Positions 55,777-64,000 of a DNA stretch of 64,000 nt are shown here, piece by piece (position 1 is the stretch's first letter; each line of letters starts with the position of its first letter). Under the pieces are notes generated by a model. It searched no databases and was not told where the DNA came from. It saw nothing but the letters and a program-made list of their open reading frames with translations. This DNA is from Felixounavirus LF110P4: sequence record OZ035790.1, one strand, 5' to 3'. A program made the position numbers and the translations under genes.

Positions 55777-57558
55777 ATGAGTAAGTCACTTTACGCAGTA
55801 CCAGCAGGTCTTAATGCAGATGCTTACAAGGCATCACATATATATCAGTATCCAGATGCTACACAGTATCTTATGTTGAACCTGACACCACGTAGTGACA
55901 AATGGTTTAACAGCCCCTTAGCAATTGACGGTGTAGTGGCTTTTGGTATTCAACGTTTTGTTAAAGACTACCTGATAGACCACTGGAATGCCACCTTCTT
56001 TGAACGTGACAAAAAAGAAGCAATTGACGAAATCTTAGAAGTCATGAACGGTGTTCTGGGTAAAGATGCTATTGGTCGAGAACATTGGGAAGCACTTCAC
56101 GACTTAGGTTATCTACCAGTTGAAGTATACGCTGTAGAAGAAGGTACAGTTGTTCCTATGCGTGTACCAATGATTGTCTTCCAGAATACTGTTTCAGGTT
56201 TCCATTGGGTAGCGGGGTATCTGGAAGATGCTTTCTCTGCTGAGATTTGGAAGGCTTGTACCATTGCAACTATTGCATTGCACTACAAACGTATCTGTAA
56301 GAAGTGGTCTGACCTTACTTGTGACAACGACTTGCATTTGCCTTATCAGTGCCATGATTTTGCTATGCGTGGTATGTCCGGCTTTACCGATGACGCATTT
56401 AACGCTGTAGGCCACTTAACCAGCTTTAAAGGAACTGATAGCTTCCCTGCTGTGTATACGGCTAAACGAATCTATGGACAGTCTTACCCAATATCTGATA
56501 TTGGTAGCTCTGTACCAGCCACTGAGCACTCTGTAATGTGTGCAAACATTGCTTGGGAAGGTGGTAATGAGTTGATTGAAGAAGAAAGACGCTTTAAAGG
56601 TGAGTTACAAACCTTCCGTCGTTTCTTAACAGAAACTTACCCAACTGGTATTGCAAGTATTGTTTCAGATACTTATAACTTCTGGAGAACTGTGTCAGAA
56701 ATCTTACCAGCACTCCGTAAAGAAATTATGGAACGTGATGGTAAACTGGTAATTCGCCCTGACTCTGGAGACCCTGTACATATTGTCACAGGTTATAAAG
56801 CAATCCACTTAGAGTGTGCTAAAAAGGCTTATTACGAGCACCTAAGCAAGCTTGAAGCCAGCGACACAATGTTGAATGCTGTTCTGAACATGAAGCTTGA
56901 AAACATCAACTATGGTATTGCTGGATGGCTACTGTCAGAAGGCTACGAAATGGTTGTTGACAGAGAAGACTTTGAAGTTGCTGATACAGTGCTGTTGAAA
57001 AACGCTTATATGGTTGGTTCTGCAAACGTTGTAACACGTCCTGTAGCGGAGATTGATGGAGCTATCAAGACACTGTATAACATCTTTGGGGGAACTATTA
57101 ACTCTAAAGGGTTTAAGGTACTGGATGAGCACATCGGCCTTATCTATGGTGACTCTATCACGCTGGAACGTGCAAACGAAATCCTGAAGCGTCTGTATGA
57201 AATGGGTTTTGCAAGCTCTAACGTAGTATTTGGTGTAGGCTCTTACACTTACCAGTACATGACTCGTGACACCTTTGCATTTGCTGTCAAAGCAACTCTT
57301 GCAAGCATTGGTGGTAAAGAGATTATGCTTGCAAAAGACCCTAAAACAGATAGTGGTGTTAAGAAATCTGCCTTTGGTGGTGTAGCACCTATGTGGGATG
57401 GTGAAAATCTGAAAGCTGTAGATGGCTATGGGTTCCAGAGCTTTGCAGATGCACTTGAACACCCAGCTTGTGCTTTACGTCTAGTCTTTAGTGACTCTGA
57501 GCAGTTCGGCTACACAACTCTTGGTGATATTCGAAATAATATTGACAAGCAGCTTTAA
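55777..57558 (+). CDS. nadV: nicotinamide phosphoribosyltransferase-like protein (NadV/NAMPT family; candidate NARP1 Namat)
   Basis: 593 aa; overall resemblance to NAMPT and genomic pairing with PRPP-synthetase-like gene. Confidence 0.7.
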   Translation: MSKSLYAVPAGLNADAYKASHIYQYPDATQYLMLNLTPRSDKWFNSPLAIDGVVAFGIQRFVKDYLIDHWNATFFERDKKEAIDEILEVMNGVLGKDAIGREHWEALHDLGYLPVEVYAVEEGTVVPMRVPMIVFQNTVSGFHWVAGYLEDAFSAEIWKACTIATIALHYKRICKKWSDLTCDNDLHLPYQCHDFAMRGMSGFTDDAFNAVGHLTSFKGTDSFPAVYTAKRIYGQSYPISDIGSSVPATEHSVMCANIAWEGGNELIEEERRFKGELQTFRRFLTETYPTGIASIVSDTYNFWRTVSEILPALRKEIMERDGKLVIRPDSGDPVHIVTGYKAIHLECAKKAYYEHLSKLEASDTMLNAVLNMKLENINYGIAGWLLSEGYEMVVDREDFEVADTVLLKNAYMVGSANVVTRPVAEIDGAIKTLYNIFGGTINSKGFKVLDEHIGLIYGDSITLERANEILKRLYEMGFASSNVVFGVGSYTYQYMTRDTFAFAVKATLASIGGKEIMLAKDPKTDSGVKKSAFGGVAPMWDGENLKAVDGYGFQSFADALEHPACALRLVFSDSEQFGYTTLGDIRNNIDKQL

Positions 57559-57570
57559 AAGTATATGATA

Positions 57571-57597
57571 AGAGGCTCCTACGGGAGCCTTTTTAAT
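57571..57597 (+). terminator. intrinsic terminator
   Basis: gaggctcc-tacg-ggagcc then TTTTT. Confidence 0.65.
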
Positions 57598-57611
57598 TTC
57601 TGGAGAATGCT

Positions 57612-57956
57612 ATGGACAACCTTTCCATATGGTTTAACAAGAAACCTGTGCAACCGAAATACTTACAAGTTGCCTATACAGACATCCTTGAAGTTCTCGG
57701 TAAAGAAAAGTTTGAAAAGTTTTGTGAAGGTATCTACAATCACCACTGCCAATTTGCTACAAAAGAAGGTATGTTTGTCATAGAACAGTTCTTTGGCAGA
57801 GACCCAGATGACTACGAAGAGATTAGCTTTGTAATGAAATACATGATAGAGTATATTGAAAATCGTGGATTCGAAGTTAATCCTGAATTTTATGAACATG
57901 AGGGTGTGCCTTTAGCAAAAGGTTTTGATGGCATACTCGTTAACTGGACTTGGTGA
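57612..57956 (+). CDS. hypothetical protein
   Basis: 114 aa with ggag RBS. Confidence 0.4.
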   Translation: MDNLSIWFNKKPVQPKYLQVAYTDILEVLGKEKFEKFCEGIYNHHCQFATKEGMFVIEQFFGRDPDDYEEISFVMKYMIEYIENRGFEVNPEFYEHEGVPLAKGFDGILVNWTW

Positions 57957-57961
57957 AAATT

Positions 57962-58297
57962 ATGAAAATCAAAGAGATGAACATCAACATTGTCTTAGAA
58001 GAGCGTTGGGAGAACATCAAGAAACCTGAAAATGGTCATAAGTTCCTTAACAAAATCTTGGTAGCAGCTAAAGAAGAACTGACTGGAAAGGTTGCAGCAG
58101 CAATCACAATAAAGGTTTGTGTAAAAGGTCTTCCACAACATCACCAGTTTGCACTTGACGAGTTTAAAGAAAGCTTCTACAATCCAAACAAACAGATGCT
58201 TGAAAGTAACTTTGCAGTATCTACAAGTATCGTTCATGACAGAAGCTTTATCCTTTACAAAAATATGAGAGGTGAGTCATGCAAGCATATTGGATAG
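57962..58297 (+). CDS. hypothetical protein
   Basis: track ORF 57950 (TTG) trimmed to ATG 57962. Confidence 0.35.
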   Translation: MKIKEMNINIVLEERWENIKKPENGHKFLNKILVAAKEELTGKVAAAITIKVCVKGLPQHHQFALDEFKESFYNPNKQMLESNFAVSTSIVHDRSFILYKNMRGESCKHIG

Positions 58298-58455
58298 AAA
58301 TTTTACTGTCACTTGGTAGTGTAGCAGTATTTGTTTACCTCCTTTGTAAGTACTTTGCAGAGCACAAAAAATGTGACTACTGTAATGGAGAGGGGTACAT
58401 AAGGGCAGGATGTTGCCCTATGTGTGGTGGTTCTGGTAAAATGTTTAATAAGTAA
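58279..58455 (+). CDS. small membrane-anchored cysteine-rich protein (58 aa, absent from the >=60 aa track)
   Basis: ATG 58279 after aggtgag RBS; one TM helix (WIEILLSLGSVAVFVYLL) then two DnaJ-type CxxCxGxG motifs (CDYCNGEG, CPMCGGSG). Confidence 0.5.
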   Translation: MQAYWIEILLSLGSVAVFVYLLCKYFAEHKKCDYCNGEGYIRAGCCPMCGGSGKMFNK

Positions 58456-58483
58456 TTTAACAGTAAACTAAGAGGAAAGTATT

Positions 58484-60850
58484 ATGCGCATGGTAAACGA
58501 CCACGCAGAAGTGATTAAGAGTTCAACTTCTTTAGAGACGTCTCAAGCACAGATTACAATGACACCTGAAATGTTCAGCCTTTTGAGTTCTGGTGTATAT
58601 ACCTTTAAAGAGAGGGCAGTGATTCGTGAACTGTCATGTAACGCAGTAGATGCTCAGAAAGAAGCTGGAAAAGAGAACATCCCGTTCCATGTGCATTTGC
58701 CTACTCGTTTTGAGCCTTACTTTGAAGTTCGTGATTTTGGAACTGGATTGACTCATGATAAAGTTATGAGTTTGTATCTGAACTACGGAGCTTCTACGAA
58801 GAATGACTCTAATGATTACATTGGTGCAATGGGTATCGGCTCAAAGTCACCATTTGCAATTGCTCAGTCATTCACAGTATCTAGCTATGTTGATGGTGTT
58901 GTTAATAAGTACTCTGTTTATCTTGAGAATGGTATTCCTCAAGTAACTAAGCTGACAACTAACCCAACAAAAGAACCTAATGGTTTAGCTGTACGTGTGG
59001 CAGTTGCTGACCACCGTATCTCAAAGTTCTTTGAAGAAGCTGGTAATGTATACTCATACTTTGCTGTAAAACCAGAAAGTAATATTGTGTACGACGATGT
59101 ATTAGCAGATATGAACGTCATTGCCCGTGAAGAGGGTGTTTATGATGCCATGATTCATAAGCTAAGCTGGCGTTCTAGTGATAACAGGACAGAGTTTAAT
59201 GTGGTGATGGGTAACATTGCCTACCCTGTTAACATGGAAGCATTACTTGGTGATGATTTCTTCAAAGTATTGCCAGAATTTTTCCGTAGGAGCGTAGACC
59301 TTGTAAACATCTACATGCCTATTGGTTCAGTTGCTATTGCAGCTTCTCGTGAAGCATTGCAGATGAATGATACGACAAAAAATGTCATCATTGAGGCTAC
59401 CAAAAAGATAACTGAAGCCATTACAAAGGATGTTATCAAGAAAGTTAATAACCAACCTACACTCATGGATGCTGCACAGGCTTATGCTGAGTTACGTTTG
59501 AACTCACGAGAGATGTTTAATGCTGTGTGTCCAAAGCTAGAGTGGGGCGGTGTTAAGCTTGATTCTCTGGAAGAAGAATTGCTAAACATTCGTCGTGGGA
59601 TTATCTACGCAGAAGACGGCTCAGTCATTTATGAACGTGACGGTAAAGGTAATATTAAGGTTGATAGGAACGGAAACAACATCCCTAAAGTAGATTATCT
59701 TTATAACCCAGTTGCTTATGTCAAGTTCAACTCTTTAGAGAGTAAGATTCGTGCAACAGCACTTTCCTACACTCAAGAGGCAAGTATGTTCAATATCTTT
59801 GGTGCAATGCGTAAAAGCCAAATTGAACAGTTTTTGTTCGTGATTAATGACCGTCGCAATAAAAACGGTACTGAGAAGACTGTAGGACGCAATCAAATCT
59901 TGCGTGGTGCATGTCGAGACTACGCTAACGAGTCAAGTCTGTTCCACAGATACAATGGTATTGTGTTTGTATTCTCGACTGAAAAAGAGTTAGATGATTT
60001 AATCAATCTACACAAACTTGATAAAAGCTTGTTAAAGATTGTGAAAATGTCTGATAAGGAGCACCATTACCAGCGCAAAGAAGCTGTAAGGGGTGTGGTA
60101 AAACTCTGGAAAGCTGTTCCAGCAGAAGGTGTAGCTGCCTATAAAGAGGTTTCAGAGGACTTCGATACAATTGAAGAACCTCAGCTTTACATTAAGGCAG
60201 TTGGTGATACAGTTGATGGCGAATGTTTTTGCTCATCTCCAGAAGATGTAGCCAAGTCAGTTGCTAATGTTACAGGGAAGACAGTCTATGTTTTCCGAAA
60301 AGCAAATTGGAAAAAGATACCAGAAGACTGGATTGAAGTAGATGAGAAACTCTTGAACGACAGCTTAACTGATGTTCATTGGATTAATCATAACAGGTAT
60401 ATGACACGTATCTATATGAATGGTGTCCTTGACCTTACAAGCAGTTGGATTATTGCCAGAAACTTTACGTTCAATAACAGGAAGATTTCTCGTGGCTATT
60501 GCTATTCACGGGATACAAACAAAACTATCTTCCTAGAAGGAAATGAAGAGGCTGTAGAGGCAATGTTCGGTAAAATCCAATACGTTGCTGCACCATTTGC
60601 ATACACTTATACCATTAGTGTATTGAAAACTTTGAAAGACTGTCTTGACAACGATACAAAGCTTTACAAGAAAATTAAGAAAGCTGGTGACCGTATGGTT
60701 ATTAAGGTGACAAACTATCTTTCAAAAAGAAAACAAGAAAACTTCTTGCTTTCTCATTTAGATTGGAATAAAGTGTCACCCATCGAAGTGAGTAAGTTCT
60801 TAGGTTTTGATGTAAAATGTGTTCCAGAAGGGACTACAATTTACGATTAA
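58484..60850 (+). CDS. rIIA: rIIA-like protein (GHKL ATPase domain)
   Basis: GHKL motifs: N-box ELSCNAVDA, G1 VRDFGTGL, G2 GAMGIGSKS; 788 aa; followed by rIIB-sized gene. Confidence 0.7.
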   Translation: MRMVNDHAEVIKSSTSLETSQAQITMTPEMFSLLSSGVYTFKERAVIRELSCNAVDAQKEAGKENIPFHVHLPTRFEPYFEVRDFGTGLTHDKVMSLYLNYGASTKNDSNDYIGAMGIGSKSPFAIAQSFTVSSYVDGVVNKYSVYLENGIPQVTKLTTNPTKEPNGLAVRVAVADHRISKFFEEAGNVYSYFAVKPESNIVYDDVLADMNVIAREEGVYDAMIHKLSWRSSDNRTEFNVVMGNIAYPVNMEALLGDDFFKVLPEFFRRSVDLVNIYMPIGSVAIAASREALQMNDTTKNVIIEATKKITEAITKDVIKKVNNQPTLMDAAQAYAELRLNSREMFNAVCPKLEWGGVKLDSLEEELLNIRRGIIYAEDGSVIYERDGKGNIKVDRNGNNIPKVDYLYNPVAYVKFNSLESKIRATALSYTQEASMFNIFGAMRKSQIEQFLFVINDRRNKNGTEKTVGRNQILRGACRDYANESSLFHRYNGIVFVFSTEKELDDLINLHKLDKSLLKIVKMSDKEHHYQRKEAVRGVVKLWKAVPAEGVAAYKEVSEDFDTIEEPQLYIKAVGDTVDGECFCSSPEDVAKSVANVTGKTVYVFRKANWKKIPEDWIEVDEKLLNDSLTDVHWINHNRYMTRIYMNGVLDLTSSWIIARNFTFNNRKISRGYCYSRDTNKTIFLEGNEEAVEAMFGKIQYVAAPFAYTYTISVLKTLKDCLDNDTKLYKKIKKAGDRMVIKVTNYLSKRKQENFLLSHLDWNKVSPIEVSKFLGFDVKCVPEGTTIYD

Positions 60851-60854
60851 AGTG

Positions 60855-60884
60855 TTTGACAAGGGGCTTCAAAGCCCCTTAAAA
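60855..60884 (+). promoter_or_regulatory. candidate promoter whose spacer is a stable hairpin (TTGACA-hairpin-TAAAAT)
   Basis: ttgaca 60855-60860; aaggggcttcaaagcccctt hairpin; taaaat; upstream of rIIB-like gene. Confidence 0.35.
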
Positions 60885-60929
60885 TAGCATCACAAAATGA
60901 TTTATTAACTAACAAGAGAGAGTAATAAG

Positions 60930-62039
60930 ATGACTACTAAAACTAAAGCACAGATTGACGCAGAAATTTACAAACTGGTTAAAGAAGGTAAGCTGACTAA
61001 AACAGCTATTGCACAGAAATTTAATACTTCAACCCGTTCAGTCGGTCGTGCTGTAGAGCGTCATGAAGCAACCTTAAAAGGGAATAAGAAGGCAACTTCT
61101 ACACCAGCTACGAAGACTTTGAAACAAGTTGCTAAGACCTTTAAGAAGAAAGCTGGAAAACCAGTTGAAAAGGTAGTTAAAGACGCTGTACAGAAAGCTC
61201 CAGTAAATAAACTGCACGAAGCTATGCAGAAAGATGACAAGATTGAGTACATGATTACTGGTGATTCTGTAATTATGACTTATGGTTCAGAATCTGAAAT
61301 TGTTGAGTCTACTCATCCGAACTATCAAGAGATTGTAGTTCATGTTGTGAAAGGTGAGTTCAAGAAAGCATTTGAACTGATGAACATTCGTAAGTCTATC
61401 GAAAACTTCACTCAGGGTGCTATCACAATCAAAGGCGACAAGCTATTCTACGGTGCTGTTGAGATGCGTTCTACTCTGGTTGACCGTATTCTTCACATGA
61501 TGAAGACTGGAGACAAAGGTTTTGAACGCCTTGTGATGTTCTTCGAAAAACTGATGGAAAACCCATCTAAAGACTCTGTAGAACAACTTTGGGGCTTCGT
61601 ATCTCACCTTGATGTCGAAATTGATGAGGAAGGCTACATCATTGGTTGGAAGAAAGTATCCACTCGTGAAGGCAAGCTGGTTGACTCCCACACCTACAAA
61701 GTACCTAATGATTTGGGTAACGTTGTAGAAATGCCACGTTGGATGGTTGATAATAACCGTAACGTGACTTGCTCTCAAGGTCTTCACGTTGGTGCTTGGG
61801 ATTATGTTCGTTGCTTCTCAGGTGATACAATTCTGAAGGTTCGTGTCCATCCACGAGATGTTGTATCTGTTCCAACTGATTACAATGATATGAAGATGCG
61901 CTCGTCTCGTTATGAAGTTGCAGCAATCGTTGATAATCAACGTAAGGTACTGAAAGCGTGGGATGGCAAGACTGAAGCTCTGCATGTCATCGTTGGCACT
62001 GCTGGTGAACTTATCTCTCAGCGTAAACGTGAAATCTAA
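60930..62039 (+). CDS. rIIB: rIIB-like protein
   Basis: 369 aa directly downstream of rIIA-like gene; biased codon usage; call by synteny only. Confidence 0.45.
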   Translation: MTTKTKAQIDAEIYKLVKEGKLTKTAIAQKFNTSTRSVGRAVERHEATLKGNKKATSTPATKTLKQVAKTFKKKAGKPVEKVVKDAVQKAPVNKLHEAMQKDDKIEYMITGDSVIMTYGSESEIVESTHPNYQEIVVHVVKGEFKKAFELMNIRKSIENFTQGAITIKGDKLFYGAVEMRSTLVDRILHMMKTGDKGFERLVMFFEKLMENPSKDSVEQLWGFVSHLDVEIDEEGYIIGWKKVSTREGKLVDSHTYKVPNDLGNVVEMPRWMVDNNRNVTCSQGLHVGAWDYVRCFSGDTILKVRVHPRDVVSVPTDYNDMKMRSSRYEVAAIVDNQRKVLKAWDGKTEALHVIVGTAGELISQRKREI

Positions 62040-62053
62040 TAAGTAATTTCTTA

Positions 62054-62083
62054 AAAGGCTGCTTCGGCGGCCTTTTTTATTTG
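62054..62083 (+). terminator. intrinsic terminator (UUCG tetraloop)
   Basis: ggctgc-ttcg-gcggcc then TTTTTTATTT. Confidence 0.65.
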
Positions 62084-62108
62084 TATTTTGTGCAGAGTGC
62101 TGTATAAT
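62081..62108 (+). promoter_or_regulatory. sigma70-like promoter (TTGTAT-16-TATAAT)
   Basis: ttgtat 62081-62086, tataat 62103-62108, upstream of 62140 gene. Confidence 0.45.
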
Positions 62109-62139
62109 TGTTGTCACGATAAACTAAACAGGAGAACCA

Positions 62140-62688
62140 ATGAAGAAATTGATTCTAGGTTTGTGCTTAATGTTTACAGCACACTTATCTTATGCAGTTG
62201 ACTGCCCAGAGCTATCAATTAGCCAAAAAGTAAACATGTTAAAAGCTTACCAGTATGGTGAGAATAACATGGGTAAAGGTTGGGGTATCACTCTAGCTGC
62301 TATAGCCTTACAAGAGTCAGAGTTAGGTCTGAAGGTAGAGAATAAAAAGACACATGATTATGGTATTTTCCAGAATCACTTGAAGACTGTTGTAAAGCGT
62401 AACAAAATTAGTCCTAATGTGGCTAAAAAGAAACTCTTAAAAGACTTTGACTATGCTGCAAAGGAAACGCACAAAGAACTTGAATTTTGGACAAAGGTGC
62501 ATGGTCAGCCAAAGTCAAAGAAGACTTTACAAAAAGTTTTAGCATCATATAATGCTGGGTATTCGTACAGAATCCCTAAAGCTAAGAAATATTCTCAAGA
62601 TGTCTATAACAACATGAAAGTCATCGCTCAATGTGAATTTGCAACAAACATTTCTAAGGTAAACCATGAAAAAATTAAGAAAGTCTGA
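62140..62688 (+). CDS. secreted lytic transglycosylase (SLT domain)
   Basis: signal peptide MKKLILGLCLMFTAHLSYA; SLT family-1 motifs: catalytic ES (IALQESELG), GIFQ (GLMQ-like), SYNAG (AYNAG-like). Confidence 0.65.
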   Translation: MKKLILGLCLMFTAHLSYAVDCPELSISQKVNMLKAYQYGENNMGKGWGITLAAIALQESELGLKVENKKTHDYGIFQNHLKTVVKRNKISPNVAKKKLLKDFDYAAKETHKELEFWTKVHGQPKSKKTLQKVLASYNAGYSYRIPKAKKYSQDVYNNMKVIAQCEFATNISKVNHEKIKKV

Positions 62689-63361
62689 TGAAGTCCTGTG
62701 TCATGCTTATGACTTGCATCCTCATGAGTTTGGTCTTGATTCCTGTGTATGGACTCCAGAACAGTGCAGGGATTTTGAAGACACAGCAAGAGAAGTTGTA
62801 TGTTCACTTGAAGAGTTCCACACATCAGAGCCAATTGTGAATGTTGTAGATAAAGAGACTGGACAAACTATAGGGGTAAGTCGTGATAGTTTAGTCATAG
62901 TCAATAAAGACCTTGTAGAAAAAGGTAACCTCATCTTAGCAGATATTGATGGTGTTCTTACAAATTTTAATCACGAAGATTGCTCAACGGAATTGACTGA
63001 TGGGTCATTCTCACAGTACACTAATCTTCTTGACTCTGTAAGAGCAAAACCAACGTATGTTTTTAGTATTATTGATGCAATTGCTAATCATGCTGCCATT
63101 GGACTCTTGACAGCGAGAGGTGAATCTCAGAGAATACCTACTGAGATGTTTTTAAGGCATAACATAGAGCATGACTACATGCTTTTTATGCGTGGTTTTG
63201 GAACTAACTCTATAAGTGCAGAAAGTTTGAAAGTGAGGATGATTCAGTCTTGCATCCTGCCTTACTTTAATATAGTATGTTTTATAGAAGACACAGAGAA
63301 GAATGTGCAGAAGGTGAACAGAATCCTTCCACACATTAAAACCATGTTAGTTAAACATTGA
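62666..63361 (+). CDS. hypothetical protein, possible HAD-like phosphatase
   Basis: LILADIDGVLTNF resembles HAD motif I (DxDGx); weak. Confidence 0.3.
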   Translation: MKKLRKSDEVLCHAYDLHPHEFGLDSCVWTPEQCRDFEDTAREVVCSLEEFHTSEPIVNVVDKETGQTIGVSRDSLVIVNKDLVEKGNLILADIDGVLTNFNHEDCSTELTDGSFSQYTNLLDSVRAKPTYVFSIIDAIANHAAIGLLTARGESQRIPTEMFLRHNIEHDYMLFMRGFGTNSISAESLKVRMIQSCILPYFNIVCFIEDTEKNVQKVNRILPHIKTMLVKH

Positions 63362-63371
63362 GAGAAAACTT

Positions 63372-63836
63372 ATGAACAATATCATTACGGTAGCACTGGA
63401 CGATACGGTAAACAAATCTGCAATAGTTCGTAAAATGATTCAAGGTAACTTTGAAGGTAAAATTTTTCGTGCTGTTAATGTAAAAGCTGATGGCAGCATT
63501 CGTGAATATCGTGCATTATTGAATGTTAAAAAACACGTAAAAGGTGCTGGTTCAACGACTGCACACAAAGAAAACCTGATGACTATCTATGATATGGGTA
63601 AGGCTTCAGAGTTAGGTGCTGAAGGTATCGTTAAAGAAGGTGCTCCGTATCGCTCTTTCAATCTGGAAACTACTCTTATGCTTTCCTTTACAAGTGATTC
63701 TAAAACAATCACTTACCTCTTTACTGATGCTGCAACGGTATCTGCTATTAAGGATAGCACTGTCAAAGCTGGCGTAGTTGCTGCTGCAAAAGCTTCTTCG
63801 ATGGCTGCGAATATCCTTGCTAAAGTCCTCGGTTAA
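63372..63836 (+). CDS. hypothetical protein
   Basis: 154 aa ORF followed by terminator. Confidence 0.4.
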   Translation: MNNIITVALDDTVNKSAIVRKMIQGNFEGKIFRAVNVKADGSIREYRALLNVKKHVKGAGSTTAHKENLMTIYDMGKASELGAEGIVKEGAPYRSFNLETTLMLSFTSDSKTITYLFTDAATVSAIKDSTVKAGVVAAAKASSMAANILAKVLG

Positions 63837-63846
63837 GGTTAAGATA

Positions 63847-63873
63847 CAGGCTCCTTCGGGAGCCTTTTTCATT
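63847..63873 (+). terminator. intrinsic terminator (UUCG tetraloop)
   Basis: ggctcc-ttcg-ggagcc then TTTTTCATTTT. Confidence 0.65.
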
Positions 63874-63888
63874 TTAGGAGATTGTTAA

Positions 63889-64000
63889 ATGACATTTAAA
63901 GAGTTCTGTCAAGCTACTTTCATAATTGTTTTCTTAGTTGGGGCAGGTGTCTGGGGAGGATACTCTTACAGAGACTACCAAGTTGCTGAAACTGAGCTAA
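63889..64000 (+). CDS. hypothetical membrane protein, 5' fragment truncated by window end
   Basis: ATG 63889 after aggag RBS; hydrophobic N-terminus; no stop before window end. Confidence 0.4.
   Translation, partial: MTFKEFCQATFIIVFLVGAGVWGGYSYRDYQVAETEL

Noticed and set aside
60862-60881. Hairpin aaggggcttcaaagcccctt as an intrinsic terminator for rIIA
   Set aside because: No U-tract follows on either strand; it lies between a TTGACA box and a TAAAAT element, so it is reported as a promoter-embedded hairpin rather than a terminator.

Overview
The window reads as a contiguous ~64 kb stretch of a virulent, AT-rich tailed phage genome with a contractile tail, and the gene content most resembles Felix O1-like (Ounavirinae-type) myoviruses; all calls rest on motif recognition by eye, with no database search. 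Positions 15-23566 (+ strand) hold a morphogenesis module: large terminase, portal, S49-type prohead protease/scaffold, major capsid, sheath, tube, frameshifted tail chaperone pair, tape measure, baseplate and two tail fibres with HxH-rich tips. A bidirectional terminator at ~23575-23612 separates it from a leftward block (23611-34657, - strand) encoding thymidylate synthase, DHFR, ATP-dependent DNA ligase, an HNH-AP2 homing endonuclease and family A DNA polymerase. From a divergent control region (34688-34914) a rightward block (+ strand) encodes dNMP kinase, primase-helicase, an SSB-like acidic-tailed protein, a 5'-3' exonuclease, aerobic and anaerobic ribonucleotide reductases (nrdA/nrdB/nrdD/nrdG), a PRPP-synthetase-like plus NAMPT-like pair, rIIA/rIIB-like proteins and a secreted lytic transglycosylase, interspersed with HNH homing endonucleases. 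No tRNA, CRISPR, integrase or rRNA was found. The most unusual feature is a pair of composite non-coding repeat regions (27190-27592 and 28655-29066) that flank a two-gene cassette of unknown function; they combine conserved hairpins, one with compensatory base changes, and phase-locked NNACC pentamer tracts. Other notable items are two unannotated small ORFs (58279-58455, a membrane-anchored CxxCxGxG protein; 39396-39545, a lysine-rich peptide), a U_UUU_UUC frameshift site in the tail chaperone, and a candidate NAD+ reconstitution pair split by a homing endonuclease.
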